Source of the DNA: an uncultured virus (IMG/VR IMGVR_UViG_3300017758_000001)
Taxonomy: Duplodnaviria; Heunggongvirae; Uroviricota; Caudoviricetes
IMG/VR virus record: IMGVR_UViG_3300017758_000001
Length of the DNA: 20,000 nucleotides
Strand: one strand, 5' to 3'
Shown: piece by piece, positions 16,469 through 20,000 of the stretch
How positions within the stretch are numbered: position 1 is the first letter of the stretch
Layout of the letters: the number at the start of each line of letters is the position of its first letter
The notes under the pieces: model-generated
Told to the model about the DNA's origin: nothing
What the model saw: the letters and a program-made list of their open reading frames with translations, nothing else
Databases searched by the model: none
Position numbers and translations under genes: made by a program

Positions 16469-16948
16469 ATGGAATTAGAAAAAATTATTAAAAGTCATAT
16501 AAAACAATTAAAAGAAGGGATCACAACTGAGGGTGGATCAACACCAAACTATATGTTCTTTAGTAACCTTAAACAAATTCACAGACAATGTGAAATATTA
16601 TTAGAGTTAGATAAAGACATTATTGATCATATTTTATTGAATGGTCATGATTGGGCTGACGATCACGTTAGTGTCGCTAAAGAAAATATGGACCAAGTAT
16701 TAGATTTTCTCATGAACAAGACTGAAGATGACGTTCATGATGAGATACATGAAGGAAAAAAGAAGAAAAAGAAGAAGAAGAAAAATACTTTATGTTCAAG
16801 AGGTTTATCTGCCGCTAAATCTAAATTTGATGTTTACCCAAGTGCTTATGCTAATGGTTATGCTGTACAAGTGTGTAAAGGAAAAATCAAAGGATTAGAC
16901 GGTAAAAAACGTTGTTCAGGTTCTTATTGTAAAAAGAAAAAGAAATAA
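16469..16948 (+). CDS. Two-module hypothetical protein (acidic helical module plus Lys/Cys-rich PSAYANG module)
   Basis: NYMFFSNL...GHDWADDH module, then IHE-G-K9-NTLC...YPSAYANGYAVQVC...C..YC-K5. Confidence 0.85.
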   Translation: MELEKIIKSHIKQLKEGITTEGGSTPNYMFFSNLKQIHRQCEILLELDKDIIDHILLNGHDWADDHVSVAKENMDQVLDFLMNKTEDDVHDEIHEGKKKKKKKKKNTLCSRGLSAAKSKFDVYPSAYANGYAVQVCKGKIKGLDGKKRCSGSYCKKKKK

Positions 16949-18039
16949 TGAAAGTACAGTGTGAAGGTTGTGAATGGAATTGGGACTTATCCAAAGGAGG
17001 TGACGATCCATACGTGTGCCACAAATGTGGTGAGGACAACACGGATCTTTACATGCGAAAAATACGAGTAAGTAAAGAAGACCAACAATACATTAACGAG
17101 TGTCTTGAAAGTGGGGAAGTATTAAAAGAAGATCTTGGGAGATGGTTCAAAGAAAAATGGGTTGACGTTTCAAGAAAGATTGATGGTAAACACCCACCTT
17201 GTGGTCGTAAAGACGCTGATGGTGATAAGAAACGAAAGGGTTACCCTAAATGTAGACCATCTAAAAAAGTTAACAAAAGAACACCTAAAACCTCAGGATC
17301 CTACAATAAGAAACAAAAGAGGAAAATGACAAGACAGAAAAGACGTGCAGAAAGGAAAAGTAACAAAGTAGGAAAAGGAAATACACCAACATACACAAGT
17401 ATTGATGAGAGAAGAATAATCTCCTTAGTATTTAACAATTTAGAACAAAAAAAATTAGACATACAACAACCTAAACTTAACTTAGTTAATGAATCAAAAG
17501 TACTAAGTGAAGGGTTACAATACCATATCAACAATAACCTACCAATCGTCGAAAACGTATATAGGATCTATTCTAACGAATTCTTCAACATTTACAATGA
17601 AGTACGTCAGTTAGTAGAAGATAATGTCTTAGAAGTCTCAGGAATTGATTTGGACCTAATTAAAACCGATATCGGAGAAACAGGACTTTATGAAGGAGAA
17701 GAGGTTTATTTAGACATTCCATTTATAGAAAATCAAGATGAACATTTACTTGAGGCCAAACATAGGGGAAAGAATGTTAAGTTAAACAAACCTTTCAGAA
17801 CACCAGGTGGACCTAAGAAATTTGCGGTATATGTTAAAACACCAAAAGGTACAATTAAGAAAGTAACATTTGGTGACCCTAAAATGAAAATAAGAAATAA
17901 TAATAAGGCTGCCGCTAAATCCTTCAGAGCACGACATAAGTGTAGTGAGAAGAAAGACCGTACTAAATCGGGGTATTGGAGTTGTAATATTGTACGATAC
18001 CGTAAAGCGTTAGGTATAAAGTCTTCAAATCCTTGGTAA
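16948..18039 (+). CDS. Multi-module hypothetical protein (Zn ribbon, RWFKEKW module, acidic module, GDP..SFRARH..YWSC module)
   Basis: CxxC-16-CxxC N-terminus; LGRWFKEKWVD..CGR..YPKCRP; EGLQYHI..; C-terminal KVTFGDPKM..KSFRARHKC..GYWSC (DUF6321-like, from recall). Confidence 0.85.
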   Translation: MKVQCEGCEWNWDLSKGGDDPYVCHKCGEDNTDLYMRKIRVSKEDQQYINECLESGEVLKEDLGRWFKEKWVDVSRKIDGKHPPCGRKDADGDKKRKGYPKCRPSKKVNKRTPKTSGSYNKKQKRKMTRQKRRAERKSNKVGKGNTPTYTSIDERRIISLVFNNLEQKKLDIQQPKLNLVNESKVLSEGLQYHINNNLPIVENVYRIYSNEFFNIYNEVRQLVEDNVLEVSGIDLDLIKTDIGETGLYEGEEVYLDIPFIENQDEHLLEAKHRGKNVKLNKPFRTPGGPKKFAVYVKTPKGTIKKVTFGDPKMKIRNNNKAAAKSFRARHKCSEKKDRTKSGYWSCNIVRYRKALGIKSSNPW

Positions 18040-18040
18040 T

Positions 18041-18520
18041 ATGAAACTACTTGATCTTATTGAATACGATTATCTAAGTCCGCCTGATTATCCCGAACCC
18101 GAAAGAGAAGGTTTCAGGAATGACGAGTTAGATGATATTGAAAATATCTTTGATTTTATTGGTCGTGATAATAAATGGGGGTGGACAGTTGTCCAACTGA
18201 AGAACACTGAAACATTTTTTGTGTGTATCGATGATGAGTTAGAGGATGATTATTATTATGGAGAGTATTACTCAGAAGAATATGATACAGATAATGATGA
18301 ATTAGTACCCTTAAGTTATGAGGTGTATTGTTCTCATAGATATCAAGTAGGTGAGATATCGAAAGACTTTGACAGTTATGAAGATGGTAAAGGACCACTT
18401 AAAGTAACAAACAACTCACTAAGGGAAATGTATGTTTATGACAAAGATATGTACTTAGCGATTGTATCAATAATTAAAAAACATAACTCTAAGAAAATTC
18501 CCCATGGAAAACGTAGATAG
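18041..18520 (+). CDS. Hypothetical acidic, Tyr-rich protein
   Basis: 159-aa ORF starting MKLLDLIE. Confidence 0.75.
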   Translation: MKLLDLIEYDYLSPPDYPEPEREGFRNDELDDIENIFDFIGRDNKWGWTVVQLKNTETFFVCIDDELEDDYYYGEYYSEEYDTDNDELVPLSYEVYCSHRYQVGEISKDFDSYEDGKGPLKVTNNSLREMYVYDKDMYLAIVSIIKKHNSKKIPHGKRR

Positions 18521-18731
18521 AATTATTGAAATGGCATGGGAAGATAGAACCCCCTTTGATGCAATAGAATTTCAATTTGGTGTCAAAGAGAATGAAGTTC
18601 GTAAAATAATGAGAACTCATATGAAAGACTCCTCATTTAAGATGTGGAGAAAAAGAGTTAAAGGTAGAAAAACAAAACATCAAAAACTTTCCGAATCTAC
18701 TCGGTTTAAATCTAAAAACCAAAAACTGTGA
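18504..18731 (+). CDS. TIGR03643/DUF2805 family protein
   Basis: RIIEMAWEDRTPFDAI..QFG..E..MR..SSFKMWRKRV.GRKTKH is the family signature. Confidence 0.85.
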   Translation: MENVDRIIEMAWEDRTPFDAIEFQFGVKENEVRKIMRTHMKDSSFKMWRKRVKGRKTKHQKLSESTRFKSKNQKL

Positions 18732-19042
18732 AAAAGACCCTACCTTTTAGAGAAGTACTTTCGGATAATTACAGTACAAGGATATTTTCTGAGAACTTAA
18801 ATGAATCGGAATTAAAGTGGCACTTTGATAATGAGTACAGGGAAGTTACTTTTTTACATGAAACTGATTGGAAATTCCAAATGGATAATGAATTACCCAT
18901 AGAAATTACAAAAGATCTCAAGATTATAATACCTGAGGGTCAATACCATAGAATATTGAAAGGTACGGGTGATTTAAGAGTTAGAGTTAGAAAAATTAAT
19001 AAAACTCGACTTCTACCCCACACTCATGAAGTAAAGCAATAG
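18728..19042 (+). CDS. Small cupin-fold protein
   Basis: LKWHFDNEYREV...WKFQMDNELP...IIIPEGQYHRILKG; GTG start overlapping the upstream TGA. Confidence 0.7.
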   Translation: MKKTLPFREVLSDNYSTRIFSENLNESELKWHFDNEYREVTFLHETDWKFQMDNELPIEITKDLKIIIPEGQYHRILKGTGDLRVRVRKINKTRLLPHTHEVKQ

Positions 19043-19436
19043 AACGTTCTTGGTTCTCTTTCCACTTACTTAAATTTTTAGTCGTACAATGTTCCTTACA
19101 AACTATTTTTATTACTCCCGATTGTACTAAACCACGTGCACAATCCATACACGGTAACCCTGAAGTGAGATATGCGGTCGATTTCTTTAAGGATACTCCA
19201 ATTCTTGCCGCATTATATATTGCATTTCTTTCTGCATGTTCAAACCAATAATATTTTTCGGGTCTTTCTTGTCTCGAAACTTTATTGTCATTTAGACCTC
19301 TTGGAAATGAATTATAACCCGTACTAAGGATTTCTTTATCTTCTCCGACTATTACACAACCTATCTGTGTCTTAATGTCTTTAGATTTCTCCTTTACTTG
19401 TTCCGCAATATTAATAAAATATTCTTTCCATACCAT
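18996..19436 (-). CDS. dCMP deaminase
   Basis: STGYNSFPRG, HAERNAI and PCMDC zinc-binding deaminase motifs. Confidence 0.93.
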   Translation of the reverse strand: MVWKEYFINIAEQVKEKSKDIKTQIGCVIVGEDKEILSTGYNSFPRGLNDNKVSRQERPEKYYWFEHAERNAIYNAARIGVSLKKSTAYLTSGLPCMDCARGLVQSGVIKIVCKEHCTTKNLSKWKENQERSIALLHECGVEVEFY

Positions 19437-19464
19437 ATGATATAGTATACGAAAAATAGAGCAT

Positions 19465-19490
19465 AAAAAAAAGGGGACAATGTCCCCTTT
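19465..19490 (-). terminator. Intrinsic terminator of the major capsid gene
   Basis: Minus strand AAAGGGGAC-ATT-GTCCCCTTTTTTTT: perfect stem plus T8, ~30 nt after the capsid stop codon. Confidence 0.85.
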
Positions 19491-19519
19491 CTTAGTTTTT
19501 AGAATAATTTTAAGAAATA

Positions 19520-19999
19520 TTATCTTAAAGTATCTAAGTTGAATGTTTGTAAACCTTTTACATTGATCACACCAAAGTATCTGTTGTTGACCATTTTCTT
19601 AGCGTATCTGGTCATGATACCTTTGATCGGTGTAAAGTTGAATGGGTTATACATTGTAGGAGTAAGTTGTAATGGTACGTAAGGTGCGTAAATGTACCCT
19701 GCGTCTAACAACGACTTACCTTTATGTCCTACTAACACTTTCCCTGCTGGGAAGTAAGGATCTCTAAACACTTGGTATCTTCCTGCTAAAGTACCAACTT
19801 TCTCAATACCCATATTGTATTGATCTTGTTCTGCACCTGCATTAGATACGTGGAAGTACTCTAAGTCATCGAATACTGCTGAAACTTCAGAAGAAACAAC
19901 GATCCAGTTAGCACCACCTCTAAGTGTAGTTTTATGGATTTGAGCCGATAATTGGTTAATTTTAGTAATTAACGTTTGGTTCCAATCCTTTTGAGTATA
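19520..19999 (-). CDS. gp23: Major capsid protein, T4 gp23-like (C-terminal 159 aa; gene starts beyond window)
   Basis: Frame is open from the window end: YTQKDWNQTLITKINQLSAQIHKTTLRGGANWIVVSSEV...GTLAGRYQVFRDPY...DAGYIYAPYVPLQ...FTPIKGIMTRYA, the conserved gp23 C-terminal motifs. Confidence 0.95.
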   Translation of the reverse strand, partial: YTQKDWNQTLITKINQLSAQIHKTTLRGGANWIVVSSEVSAVFDDLEYFHVSNAGAEQDQYNMGIEKVGTLAGRYQVFRDPYFPAGKVLVGHKGKSLLDAGYIYAPYVPLQLTPTMYNPFNFTPIKGIMTRYAKKMVNNRYFGVINVKGLQTFNLDTLR

Positions 20000-20000
20000 A

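Noticed and set aside
16755..16785. A-rich tract as a programmed frameshift site
   Set aside because: Encodes nine Lys with mixed AAA/AAG codons in an intact frame; no useful alternative frame was seen.
481..18398. Short minus-strand ORFs in the track (e.g. 3396..3821, 9495..9806, 11401..11745) and the nested plus ORF 17135..17329
   Set aside because: Shadow frames of longer, motif-bearing plus-strand genes with no recognisable features.
19520..19813. 97-aa stand-alone ORF
   Set aside because: The frame stays open to the window edge; it is the C-terminus of the major capsid protein.
1..20000. Stop-codon reassignment as seen in some large phages
   Set aside because: Coding density is near complete in the standard code, and TGA and TAG both end genes at sensible boundaries.
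1..20000. tRNA, intron, homing endonuclease or IS element
   Set aside because: No intergenic space or motifs supporting them were seen.

Overview
AT-rich, densely coding segment of a large T4-like (gp23-type capsid) tailed phage genome in standard genetic code. The host is probably Bacteroidota (no Shine-Dalgarno motifs, a DUF4494-like gene, a TIGR03643-like gene). In order: a partial minus-strand gene; a divergent block of probable late/virion genes including a 6x47-aa tandem-repeat protein and a stand-alone WYL-like protein; a block of three glycosyltransferases, a degenerate HD protein, dUTPase, PhoH and a degenerate HAD protein; a gp55-like sigma factor; baseplate/structural genes; modular basic Cys-rich proteins; a cupin; and on the minus strand dCMP deaminase and the 3' end of the major capsid gene. 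Most notable: (i) candidate head-packaged polyproteins whose modules are delimited by [LIV]-x-E motifs resembling T4 prohead-protease sites, (ii) the repeat protein/WYL pair, (iii) a recurrent upstream TATTTATA motif that is the exact reverse complement of the T4 late promoter, and (iv) two apparent pseudo-enzymes. All family assignments come from motif recognition by eye; no database search was run.
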